Made by a program: the position numbers and the translations under genes. From assembly GCA_038496445.1 (NCBI GenBank), contig JALMLS010000322.1, positions 496,001-560,000 of the forward strand: 64,000 nt of DNA, given 5' to 3'. The notes under the pieces were generated by a model. That model did no database searches. It saw only the letters and a program-made list of their open reading frames with translations, and was not told the DNA's origin. This stretch comes from Trichosphaerium sp. ATCC 40318. Lineage: Eukaryota; Protista; Tubulinea. Shown piece by piece: positions 11,887 to 26,000 of this stretch (position 1 is the stretch's first letter; every line of letters starts with the position of its first letter).

Positions 11887-13496
11887 TTATTCTTCATCTC
11901 CAAAAATTACACTACGTGGAACTCTGTTGTTTCCAAACTGTAGACTCTTCATTCCACAAGCATATGAATTATTTTGAACCTGTGTGAGCACACGTTTTGC
12001 TTCTTCTTCAATAGCTAGTTTAACAGTAGCCTAGAACAAACAACATTTAACAAACAACAATCGAAAAAAATAAAAATAAATTTACAAGCTATTGCAAGCC
12101 ACAGACTTCTGTGCGCATCACATAAAATATATACATTTTTTCTACAAAATAATACCATTGCATTTGCACGCAAGAAAAAAAAAATACAATTGGAACAAAG
12201 CCCAGAAGGCTAAGGTTTTTAACGTATTGAAGAAAAAAAAATCAAAAATCTACAATAGTTTTCTCTTTTTTCTTGATGCACGTGCACTCAGCAAACAAAA
12301 AGATAATAAACAAACGTACAGGGTCCTCTTCTCCTTTCATTTTAGAAATAACAAACTCAGTAAGTTCTGAAGCCAAGTCATTAACATCTACATACTGACG
12401 CTTTGGTTTTACAAACACTTTCTTAGGTTTTGGAGCAGTAACCTTTAAACCAAGTTTTGATGGCTCTCCAAGTTCAAAACAGAATTGTAGAGACTTCTTC
12501 TGAGGCTTAACTATAAGTGCGTAAATAAGAATACTCAAAACAGCAATAACGGTTCAAATGTTTTCATGAAAAACCGGAAAACTTCAACGTCATCATTCCG
12601 TTAAAAATATCAAAATTAACAGCGTGATTTACGCTCTAATATTTTCTAGCATACGCCATCGCATATAAACTGGAATTTACCAACAGTTCATGGCAAAGTA
12701 TGTGCAGCAAACGAAGAAATTTCATCGCAAAAAAAAAACTCAAAAAAAAAAACCAAAACAGAGATGATTTTAACGTACAGTTCAAGCGAAGGATTTTTAA
12801 GCCTTTGATGGCCTTTGTTGATTTTGGATATTCTCCGGTTATACAGTTAACATTCCAGTCTTTAATCTCAAGTACTGATAATACTTTGACACTCTCTGGT
12901 ACCGGGAACTTGTCGTAAATAAATGTCTCATTTACCAAATTATCACGGTATTTTTTCTCGGCCTCTTCACGTTGCATCTCTGTTATAACTATATACCTGT
13001 ATTAGTACGTTTATTTTTGGCCGTTTTAAAGGAAACGTGGCGCTCAAAAATAAAATAAAGCGTTGTTACAGTTAAAATAGCGCATATAGGTAAATATTGT
13101 TGTTAAAGCGTTGTTGGTACCTATTGGGACGTCTTCTAGAATTTTTTGGTTTGCAAGAGCTTGAATTTCGTCTACTTGAGCTTGGGTAGGTTTTTCTACG
13201 CTGTATTAGTATGAAAAGCGTCGTAGAACTGAAACTAACCGCTCTCGGTGTATTCAATAGTAAGTCTCCCTTTCACCTTATTGTCAAACTGTGTTGATAC
13301 TGTCAAAGGAGTGTGTAGCACCTAGAACACAATTGAGAACGAGAAACCAAAAACCACCACTAAACAATCGCTAAAAACGCACCTTCACAATAGCACCTTT
13401 GATGACGTGTAGCGCAGCTGATACTTCAGGTGTTCTCTTTTTATTACGCTTTATTCTAGCTCTATCAGCATTACTAAGTTGTTGTGTCTCTGCCAT
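11887..13496 (-). CDS. AlaX-S-like (free-standing alanyl-tRNA editing domain) homologue with C-terminal extension
   Basis: SAALHVIKGAIVKVL..KGRLTIEY..KPTQAQVDEIQALANQKILEDVPI..MQREEAEKKY..IYDKFPVPESVKVLSVLEIKDWNVNC..KSLQFCFEL closely follows archaeal AlaX-S as I recall it. Confidence 0.8.
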
Positions 13497-13640
13497 TGTT
13501 AATTTAAACGAGGTACAAAAGCGAAACAATAATCTGGCGGAAACAACCAATATTGACCAGATCTTCTGTGACCTTTTTTTTTTCGCACTTTCAGAAGTTC
13601 CCCGTGTCACAAGCGGGTGTCCACTTAGCATACACAACTC

Positions 13641-15580
<1,940 letters not shown>

Positions 15581-15854
15581 CAAAAAAATATTTGAAACAT
15601 AAAGAAAAACAAGTACTAAATTATTTGGTAAATAAACATCTAAGAGATTTTAAAACGGGGTTCATAACTAAGAAAACATCCTACTTTATCGTTTTCGTCA
15701 AATATTTACAAACCTACGCAGTTTGCGTTCATGAATGATCTGTAACTATAATTATCTTGTTTAAGCGCACTTTTATCTATATTCTATCTCAAACTTACTT
15801 GTTGTTGGGTAACTAGGGTCGGATTTTAAGTGAAAATGTATTTTAGTAAGGTTT

Positions 15855-17207
15855 TTATTTAACTAGTCTATAACGCTTTAGGAAATTCATTATGGCAGAC
15901 GCAACACGTTCTGGATCCTAAAAAATGTTAGTTTAAATTAACGAACACGTGTTACACAAATAATTGGACGTACATCTTCTTGTATGACATGACCAGCATT
16001 GGGCAAAACAACAAGCTGAAATTTTCCTTGCATATGTCCAATAGTTAAAGGCTTGTCAAGTCGATCTGTACCAGCAAGTATCAATATCTTTGATCCTGGA
16101 GCAGATAAAAATGCTGATGATAGTCCCGTGAACCATCCTCTCCAATGAGGACTTGTACTAGCCAATTCTATCTTCCAAACAAACTTATCACTGTTCACAT
16201 CTTTGGTTATTAGGGAAGGCATTGAGATTTTTGCTGATTTCTCATTGTTTATTGTTTTTGATGATATAGACCATCTTATTGCATCTTCTATAGAGTTAAA
16301 TGATTTAGGTCTGCCTCTCAAAATTTGAGTCATTCGAGGTAGGGCCTAAGAATAACACAACAAAAAATTAGCAAAGAAAATTTTCAATGTAGCTCGAAAA
16401 TGCCTGTCAACCTCAAGTGCTGTGCCTTCAACAACATCTATAACTACTAATCCACGACATCTAGAACCTAGGGCATTCGCAGCAAACCCAGCTATAGCTC
16501 CACCCATGCTAAGCAAAGGTCATTTTATAGCCAGAACATGATCGTTTTAGCTTTTTTTTACCTATGCCCTACAACTACTACTTTTTCTCCTTCTGGTGCG
16601 CAAGCATCAACTACAGTGAGGACATCCTTTACCAGATTGTCCTTTGATAAATCATCTAACGATCTCAATTCTGACATGCCTTAAAGAGTGTCAGGATTAT
16701 GTAATGGAGAAGTGAAGTTGTAGACGTACCGTGACCTCTACAATCTGGAGCGATAATGCGGCATTCGTCTTTGAGCATTGCCTAAAATAGTACTAAGACT
16801 TTGTGTATGATTGTACACTTGTATAGTACCGCTACTAACGCCCATGACATTCCTGAATGGCCAGCACCTACACTGAGTTAGTACACGCGTTAACTCTTTG
16901 GACGTCAATTCAGGAGGAGTTCCAGGACGTTAAGGTTAATTCCGTTATTTACCATGTAAAAATATAATACATGGTCCTTTTGATCCACACGTGAGTACGT
17001 TGATGCCATCTACTTGCTTTGAATCAAAATACTCTCTCCATTCTGTTGGTGTAAGATCACCAGTACCTATTTTACGTCAAATAGATGCATATTTGCGTGT
17101 TTCTAACGTTTTGTAGCTTTATTAACGGAGACGGGCAAGGGTACTCTGAATTTATTATTGCCTTTGTTTTTTCCGTTCATCAGCGCTTGCTTACGAAGCA
17201 AAGACAT
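15855..17207 (-). CDS. PPME1: Protein phosphatase methylesterase 1
   Basis: FLHGAGHSG, DCRGHG, VGHSMGG, IDVVEGTALEAL, RPKSF, WRGWFTGLS, LAGTDRLDKPLTIGHMQGKFQL, GHVIQED. Confidence 0.93.
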
Positions 17208-17328
17208 GCTGGGATTGTATTTAGCATTAATAAAGAAGTCTAAGTCAAAAGCGGTCTAAGCTGCGTAAATCGAGCTGAGAATTTAGTTCTGAACAAACTG
17301 GTAATGGTGTGCATGCTCTGAGGGTTAA

Positions 17329-18414
17329 ATGTCGGATAACAAAAAAGGCGCCATAAGTGACGATCAAAAGGATAGTACATCCACCGCAAAAGGTAACCAA
17401 GCTAAAGGGAAGCTGTTGTAAACAAAAATTAGGTAAAAAGCGAAAAAGAGAACCTGATTCGGTATCATCTGTCAGCTTCGTACGTAAACACGCTCGTCAC
17501 GCAAATGAATCCACTCCTTGGTAGTTTACGCTGTAAAATGTTAACAGTTTGCGCAGGATGAACCAGAAGAGAGCTCAGAGTCTGTAATATCAGATGCAGA
17601 AGCCTCGGAAGATACAGACTCCACTACTACAAAGGTAATGTTGAAAGCCTTAATCGCACTAACCATTCGTTAAGAAACGCCTCACAAGCAGACAAAAGGC
17701 GATAAGAGGACAGAAAACGAGTCTAGTTGAAATGCCAATGTATCGCTCTAAAGCGCCTTTAACGGTAGCTCAGATTACAAAAAAGCGTGCGAGACAACGT
17801 AAACGAAATATGAAAGCAAGAGAAACGATAGACGCCGAAAAGGAAGCAATTATAAAATCTCTTTTAAAAATGGACGAACAGCATCAAGGACCAAAGAAAA
17901 TCATTGAAAAGGCTCCAGTAGTTGTTATAGATATAGAGGACCCAATATCGCTTAACTCAACAGAAAAAGGTACGACACATTGCAATGTGTCAAGTGTCAA
18001 AAAAAGTTCGAAATGATGCAAATTTTTTTTTACAAAAGTTCGAAATATCTTGCTTGGAAGCGCTTCTTTTTTAGCCTCTACCTTCTCAAAGTTTCTTCAA
18101 AAGTATGTGTAAACTACCCATTAATATTTTTAAAATCTTTTGCGTAGTACTAGTGCTACTGATGCCACAAAAAAAATTGTTATCAATTTCGTGTTAAAAT
18201 TTTTTGTTTAGGAACTTTTATTTCAGTACAGAAGGAAGACTATCTCTACTCTCTGTTCTCTCCACCTGTAGAGTATCCAGTAGTAGAAAAATGTAGTATT
18301 AAAGGATGTGATGAAGATCGGTGTTTTACAAAATTCCGCATGCCGTTGTGTATGCGGTTGGCGTGCTATAAAGAGTTAGTAAAGGACCATGGTGATGACA
18401 TGGATGTACAGTAA
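17329..18414 (+). CDS. INO80B: INO80 complex subunit B / Ies2-like (PAPA-1 region + C-terminal HIT-type zinc finger)
   Basis: LTSRQKA motif; KKRARQRKRN...EKEAIIKSLLK helix; C-terminal CSIKGC...PLCMRLACYK. Confidence 0.65.
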
Positions 18415-18916
18415 TAAATGCTCAATATTGAGCTATTGTGAATATAAAACTAAATAATCTCCTTCACATGTCTTTATGGTAGTGTTTGTTTTCAAACTCT
18501 GTGAACTATTTTTGTAACCTAACGTTAATTCTGACAACTGGCACTGCAAGCCTTTGTCACCCTCTTTTATAGTAAGTTTAGTATTCCGCAAAGGGAATGT
18601 CTGGCTGCTATATTAGCGTTAAGATTAAGGTTTTTGATTGTTACTCGCGCTCCTTACAATCATGGTGGAGTTCGTAAAATACCTTGGCAAAGCACAGTGT
18701 AGATATAATCAATACATAAAACTGGCGAGTATTCTGGTGTACCTCGTGTAGACGTGATACTGGGATTCATCCGACTACAAGGTAAACAGTTTTTGACTTC
18801 GTGGCATAGTGTGGATTAGCTGAACCACTTTGGTGTTCAGAAACCACTATGTTTAGGAAGCTGTACTATTATGTTAAATCGAGTATTGGTTTAATCATTG
18901 AACAGTGAGCACAACT

Positions 18917-21509
18917 TTAATAAACATTTTGTTCTTGTACATCACGCATTTTAGCCTTTCGCAAGGACCATGGCAATACCGTATGGCGAAGAGGTGGGAA
19001 AAAGAAAGCTGCCAAGAGAAAGATTACAACAGCCTAAGTATACAGTCAAAACAAGCAATAGAACAGTCATGTAACATACCAAAACAACTACACCAACACT
19101 AACACTCACACCGATAATGAGCCACTTGTTCAAACACCCATCAGGACTCACAAATACAAAGAGGCTAAGTCTAGTTAATTGAAGTAGATAGAAGTAAAAG
19201 TATTCAGGAAGAAGTACCTATTTGTTTTCAACTCATGTGAAGTAGAAAGGCAAGTATCGTTTGTAATGACCGATATATTTCCTTTGATTTCAAAGCACGT
19301 GCTCTCTATTGCGAGGAATCCTTTATCTTTGGAAGGCTCTACTCCTGTTGCATTTACAATTATATAGCCTTGGCTATTATCAAAGCAACCTACACGTGAC
19401 AAAAGTTAATTAAACTACAATGACGTAGTTGTTTTAGTTTGTATGTGCCTAATACTGCGATAGTCGTTTGCTCGTTCAGACTAACAATGATAGTTCCGTT
19501 GTTTGTTATATCACCAGCAATAGTAGTTGGACTTAGTATTATAACTGTAGTGTTAGATGGAACTAATACATCACTTTGCACATCACAATCACCTGTTGTA
19601 TTACATTGAAGACAATCAAAGGTACTACAAACAACTAAAACCTTGTAAGTGTAATTGATCAAGAAAAATAAAGCGCACGTATTGATGAAACTGGTGCTAA
19701 AGTAGGCGCCAATGGCGCTATTGTTGGTATTGGAATAGCTACAAATCTATTAAAACAATGGTAGGGTTCCAAGGAACTTACTGCAATCGTTGTTCGTGAT
19801 AAAGGCAATATAGTCATCAGTTGTTGATGCAACAAGCACCTATACAAATTAATCTTGTAAGTGCTTTGCGATTCAGCATCAAGCCGCACAACAAACAAAC
19901 AGTTACTAGAATCAATCAAAACCTCCAATGCATAGGGTCTCAGATTTATAGAAGTATTTGATATAAGTACACGTGTACTGTTATCCTTAAACAAATAATA
20001 AGAAGTAGAAACTAAAGGGTACTTACTCTAGTACTTGGGTAAAGTGCTACCATGTTTGAACCTTCATAATACAGTTCCATGAAGTCAGATGATGCCATGC
20101 TTAGGCTGATTGCTGTTCCTATTTCAGCTGGAGTAAATGTATAGTTATTCGTTATCACCACCGGTCCACAAGGCATAGCAAGGTCAAATTCAGCAGAAAC
20201 ATATGTAGTCAGATTTCGAACTTGAAAAAAAATAGAATTTGAGTTCGCATTGTAAGCAAGCTCAATAAACCCTCTTAATGAAATTCCGTCCTCATATATG
20301 TTTTGTGTGAATACCTTATTTGTATTACTTGCTTAGAAACATTTGTTGTAAAACCACTTACCTCGTGTGTAGAGTTATAAAACACTAAGCGAACACGAGT
20401 TCTGCCAACACCTACAGCGAGCGCAAAACAATTTGCGTTTATAGTTACAAAACCACGGAATGTACTACCACCTGGAATATCACCACCTTTGCCAACGTTA
20501 AATATATAGGTACATAGGGCTCTACTTACTTGGGCCCAAGATCTGGGGCACTGATTGGTACTGAATGTGATATGTTTCGGTCTTATATGAGGTGCTATCA
20601 TACATGTTAAGAATATAGTCATCTCCATCTTACCACAGTTAGTTTAAATACATGGACTGTACAGTACATTCAACAACGTCAAATCCCATGTCACCTTCTC
20701 CAATTGTTGAGTTAGTCGTTTGCACCGCATCATCAACTACAATGACCTACAGAAGAAAACAATGGAAAATTAGGATGTTGTTGAGAGTCAAAGATCCGAA
20801 AATCCGGGCGCCTGCAGAAGGTACCTCGACTTACCTTGTTTTTGAAATCAACATTTAAGTATTTTATAGTAATCTGATCGTCTGGGTCTTCGTAGAAAAC
20901 AGCTAACCTGCTTTCACCAGCGGTGAATTGACTTTTATGCGGAACTTTCACATCTGATGCGTTGACAAGAAAGAAAGGCTCAAAACTTCTTACACCTTGA
21001 AGCCAATCTAGCTTAACAATGAGAAAACAAACAGAACCTCAGCGCAGATATCGCACCGTCTAAAGACATCAAGACAAAACTAGTTCCTGTTTCTCCACTT
21101 GCGTTGTTTTCTTTCAAAATCCATTAAACACGAAAGACATGTGAACAATACAACATACTCGCATTAACGTAGTAAACATAAAGTAATTCAGCTTCTCCAC
21201 TAGCGTCTACGACAAATGAAGATATTGCTGGCCTTCTAACCTTTGTTATTTCATCAGTATCTGCAAAGTCTGAAGAGACAAAGAATTCATCACGTGGGCG
21301 TTGGATAGAATAAACTAGGTGATGTAAGTAAACACGTGATACAAATTCAATTTTAAGTTTAAATTATCACGTGAAAACAGCTTTTAATGCGCAGTACACC
21401 TTATATCAGTAAAAATATCTCCTAAGCGTTAGTTTGGTTTACGATGTTATTTCGACGTACCACCCAGTAGTGTTACTACCAAAAAAGCACTTAGCAAGGC
21501 CACGGACAT
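18917..21509 (-). CDS. Type I cell-surface membrane protein, unknown ectodomain
   Basis: Signal peptide MSVALLSAFLVVTLLG; many exons; Pro-rich linker PIPTIAPLAPTLAP; Cys-containing juxtamembrane region; TM WLIIGVSVSVGVVVLAVVIFLLAAFFF followed by PPLRHTVLP tail. Confidence 0.7.
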
Positions 21510-21760
21510 GCAGTAATTCACTTCATATAATTTGTTAGACCGCAAGTTTTTAATGTTAGTTGGAATGCCTTAACCGGGTAACACATTTGAGCTTAGAATA
21601 GCACCCAAATTGATTAAGCCATACAGGCTTAGTAAAAAATAATGGACAATTACCAAACCTGTTTTATGAGCATGAATTAAGAGAATCACGAAGATAATTT
21701 GGATAGATGAATTAGTTAGTTCTATTTTATTTTACAAATACTGTTTTTGATTTTTGTGCC

Positions 21761-24700
21761 TTATACAGCAGTCGAATTATCTTCTGTATCGAATGCAGGT
21801 ACATCGACATGACTCTTTACGTTTCCAACGCAATTAGATTCAGATTCTAGTTTACGGTTACGCTTCTCCAATTCAGAAATTCTTTGTTTTAACTTTTTAA
21901 TTGTCGAATCTTTAATAGTTTCTGATTCAACACGACTTTGTCTTGTTCCAGTCGAATAATTGCTTTCGCTGTGATTGTTGCTATGTATTCCTCTAGCCAT
22001 ATAATACATTTTAGGTACCAGTATAGCTAAGACAGAGATGAATGGACCTAAGATAAGGCACAACGATCTCAATACAAACTCAACTTCCCTGTTTTGAATG
22101 CTAGAGAACTGCACATAGAAATTAGCACGTGATTAGAGTGTTATTTGTCTTAAATACCTGTATTATCAACGTTATAACAACAAAGAAAGCTAGAGTATAC
22201 ACTGCAAATCCGATAAACCTAAAAGGAAAGTGTAAGGTTTTCAGTTTATCAGCGAGATTCTTAAAATATGTACTTTGACTCATTATACAATACAGACTTT
22301 AAATTCCATATCCTGAACACCCAATACATCCCGTAGCATAGAACAGATACCTTTAATAGATGGTTATTATGAATCGCATAAAAGAAAGCGGACGTACATT
22401 GAATACTAGAAGGATAACAGCAAATACAACATCGACTTTGGTAAACTCGCACACGATGTAGTCATCAGAGAGCCTTGCAATATCACCGGTTATTACTTTT
22501 GTTGTGCCGATACTAACAATAGTCCATATTAATAGAATTATAACTTCTATGCCTATTATAACACCGACAATAGGAATGATCATCCAATTCGTTACTTTGA
22601 AAATCTCCATAGTTTTTTTCAAAAATATAACAGCAATTCTGTACGTCCTAGCAAAAAGTGCTCCATACGTTGTCTAGTGGCAACTTTGTTAGAGATACTT
22701 GTAGTAAATAAGTTCTGTACCCCGAATCCTATCGCTAGTGTCCATCTCCGTAATGTACAATGCAAACCATCAGTGTGAAGTGTCCAAAAGAAAACAGTGC
22801 AGTATACAAGAATTGATCCAAACTAAAAACTTGTTAGAAGCATGCCAACCACAACTTTAACGTGAATTAAAAATCTACGTACCAACGTTATTGCAACAAA
22901 TAAAGGTTGCGATGCTCTTATAATACGATGCTCGCGGTATATGATAACCCAAATGATGAGACACATTGACGCGAAAATTACAGCAGAAGTAAAAGCCACA
23001 ATTATTTTTTCAGAAGTGAAGTCTAAAAAAAATTGTTTAGCTCTATGAAAAAAACAATCAGACTATTGTTTAACGTACTATACCACCCGTATGTAATTTG
23101 GCGTTCGTCCCATCTTGGACTGGGATATACAAACTGTGCAGTTGCAGCAAAAAGAGGTGCAACAAGTTGAAAATTTTGATCTCCATTAACTTGATAAGTT
23201 AGCCCTTTTGGTGCGATGTTCCTCCCATAAATATCAAAACGAACACCCCCACCAAATCCAAATATATCCATAGTATTGATAACATCTTGGACAACGGCCG
23301 GATCAGTAGTACTAAAGCAAGAAGCGTAAGCAAAAAAAAATGGGCTAAGTAAGGTATTTTTCTCTTAAGTACTTACTTGGCAATTTCAAATGCGTTTTGG
23401 ATAACATATCCCGCAGTGTATCCTAAAGCACCAAAATACTCTGGATCAACACCAAACTTTTCGATATATTGCCTGTGAAACAATGCAGGAGATGACTCGT
23501 TTGAGGTTTGTAAAAAATGGTGGTAAGCTATAAATTCATCTGTTTCGGAGTATAAGTCTCCAACAACACGCTCATCCCACTAAAATATAAAACTTAGACT
23601 GGTTTATAGCAGAACGAAAATGTACCTCGACACCTGCGCCAACCATGTACCGAGAATCTTCTCCGAGTTCACTCTTTAGTTTTTGATTATCGCCCATGCA
23701 CGGAACACTGAATAAAAACGCCTAGAAAACAAAATCAAAGTTAATACTTTATCTAACATGCAGCAACAATCAGTACCTTGGCGTTAAAATTAAGTTCTTT
23801 GGCTATCCTCATAAACATAACACAAACATCATTAAGAACACCTCCCACAACAATATCTGCTGTGATGTTAAAAATAAAAACGCTTGCGAACACGTGCCTG
23901 GCTCCAAAGCTTGAATTGTTTTAATCAATTGTCTTACATCATTCTCAGCTTGCCCAAGCGTATCCGAAGGTCCCGCAATTTGTGTTTGAAATACGACCTT
24001 GATGCCAATAAAGGTTGAACTATCTATAGCACCAGTAGCTACTTCTTTCGTAAAAGCATTATCTAATAACTATTAGAATCAAACTAGAACCTTACACTAA
24101 ACTCATCTATTACCTTCCCAGAAAACTACAGCAGTTTCAACGCCTTGCAGCTTGAGGAGGTTGAGGGAGTTCTCCATGAACAATGAAGCCGGTTGCGTTA
24201 GTCCAACAACATTAGAAAACCTTCTACCAGTAATAGAAGTACACGGAGCTTCTTTGTTAGAATCGCAAACGTAAGCGGATCGCGATGATGTAGCAGCTAA
24301 TAAAAGTAAAAACATAAAATCAGTAGAGTAAAAAAAATAACCCTGGGGAGGTCTCATGTTTGCCTACTTACGGTACAACGCGTTTATATTATGTGATGAT
24401 GCTTCTACAGCTGCCGGAACGCTCAATAAAGTTGACCAAGGCTAACACGTATTAATACAATACAATTTTGGAATATCATAAAAAATCTCATTAGCGTAAA
24501 AACAAATAGTCCTATTTTTAATTAAATTGGTTTGAAAATAAACAATATACCAGTAGAAGGAAATGCAGGTCAGGATTCTGATTGAGTAGATTTGAGGTTT
24601 TAATTGATACGTCAGTGACGTTTTTCTCTACAATACGCACAGTTAGCAACATGGCAAGTTGGGTTTGTAAAAATGAGCGCTAGTTTAGCTGGAGGTTTTT

Positions 24701-25139
24701 TGTTACCAAACGTCACCCACGTGCATGTAGAACTGCACTTTTGGATGATGTAGACAGCTTTTAGGTAAATAAAACCCGAAGTGTTTAGGTTAAAACTTGA
24801 TCATACCAACATAGGAAAACGTTATTTGTACTTCCCATTCTTTGCCATCAATTTTAAGACCTCCTCTTGCGTTAACCTTTTTTGCAGTTAATCAAATATT
24901 TGCTTTCAGGTAGCCTCCGACTCAAAACGTACCGTATCACGCCACAGCTCGTATGAGTTGCGAACTTTAACGCCTATGACACCCAATGCCTCTAAAACAC
25001 GTGAATATTCGGATACACACAGCTAGAACTCGTTCGTACGTTCTGTCGGTATTAGAGCGCCTATTTTAAACGTTTCCTTGTCCGCCAGGAGGTATTGGTA
25101 GAACGTTATTAAAAGTACACATATTAGAACAATCTTCAT
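21761..25139 (-). CDS. Class C (GABA-B/Grl-like) GPCR with periplasmic-binding-protein-type ectodomain
   Basis: Signal peptide; FKIGALIP..VNARGGLKIDG (type I PBP-like); 7TM motifs IIRASQPLF, YGALFARTYRI, LLIWT, YNESKFIGFAVY, LVPKMY; C-terminal coiled coil. Confidence 0.88.
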
Positions 25140-26000
25140 TTCTAGTAGGCGTTGACTAGTTGCTGTTGTTGTATTTGGAAAAGTACGAAATTGAATTCAA
25201 TTCTTGATTGATTGTTTCATTTTGACTTTTTTTTGAATGGAGTTTTTTTTTGACCAGCCAACAGTTGTGATTGAAAAAACCTTAGGACTTTGTATTGGTA
25301 CATTTCTGGTACCATTGATTAAAAATACATTGGGTTTTTTAGGACAGAAAACAATAAGTTACCACTTCAAGTCCGGGCGAAAGTAACGTTCGTCCAAACA
25401 ATAGAATTTCGAATGAAAACAAATATTGCTTTATTTGCCTTTTCCAACTATTTGTGTAGGAGTTTTGTAATGCATTTAACAAACTTTCTCGCACAATGTA
25501 TGCCAAAAAAGGGGAAGTGATATTGCTGCTATCTAAAATTACTTTATGGTTCCTTTGGACCAAATAGCGGATAGCCAATTAAACCTTGGTCCCTCTCAAG
25601 AACGGCAGAAAAGCTGTGTTGAAAAGCCAAGCTAGAACAATGAATAAATTTGTTTTTTGTCTTCAAACAACTTTTGGTTTTTATTAGTTTGGAAGTACAT
25701 TACACGAAACCTCAGCGTAGTATCATTTCTGGTACAATAAAGGTGTTTCATACTAAGATGATAATTTGGTTGGAAAGAAGTTCAAGTCCGGACGAGAACC
25801 TCGTTCCGAAAAGAAATGCTTTGACCCTTCCTGTATTGTAGCCGATGCACTGCTTTTTTCAATTCGACAGCGTGAAGGAATAAGTATTTCGGGTGTTCTT
25901 TCATTAACGGTTCTCAAAACTAGGTTGCGTTTTACCCGTTTTGCTGAATTAACAAAAAAAGAAGTTCCACTTGCTTGCATCATTATATTAGTCTCTCATC

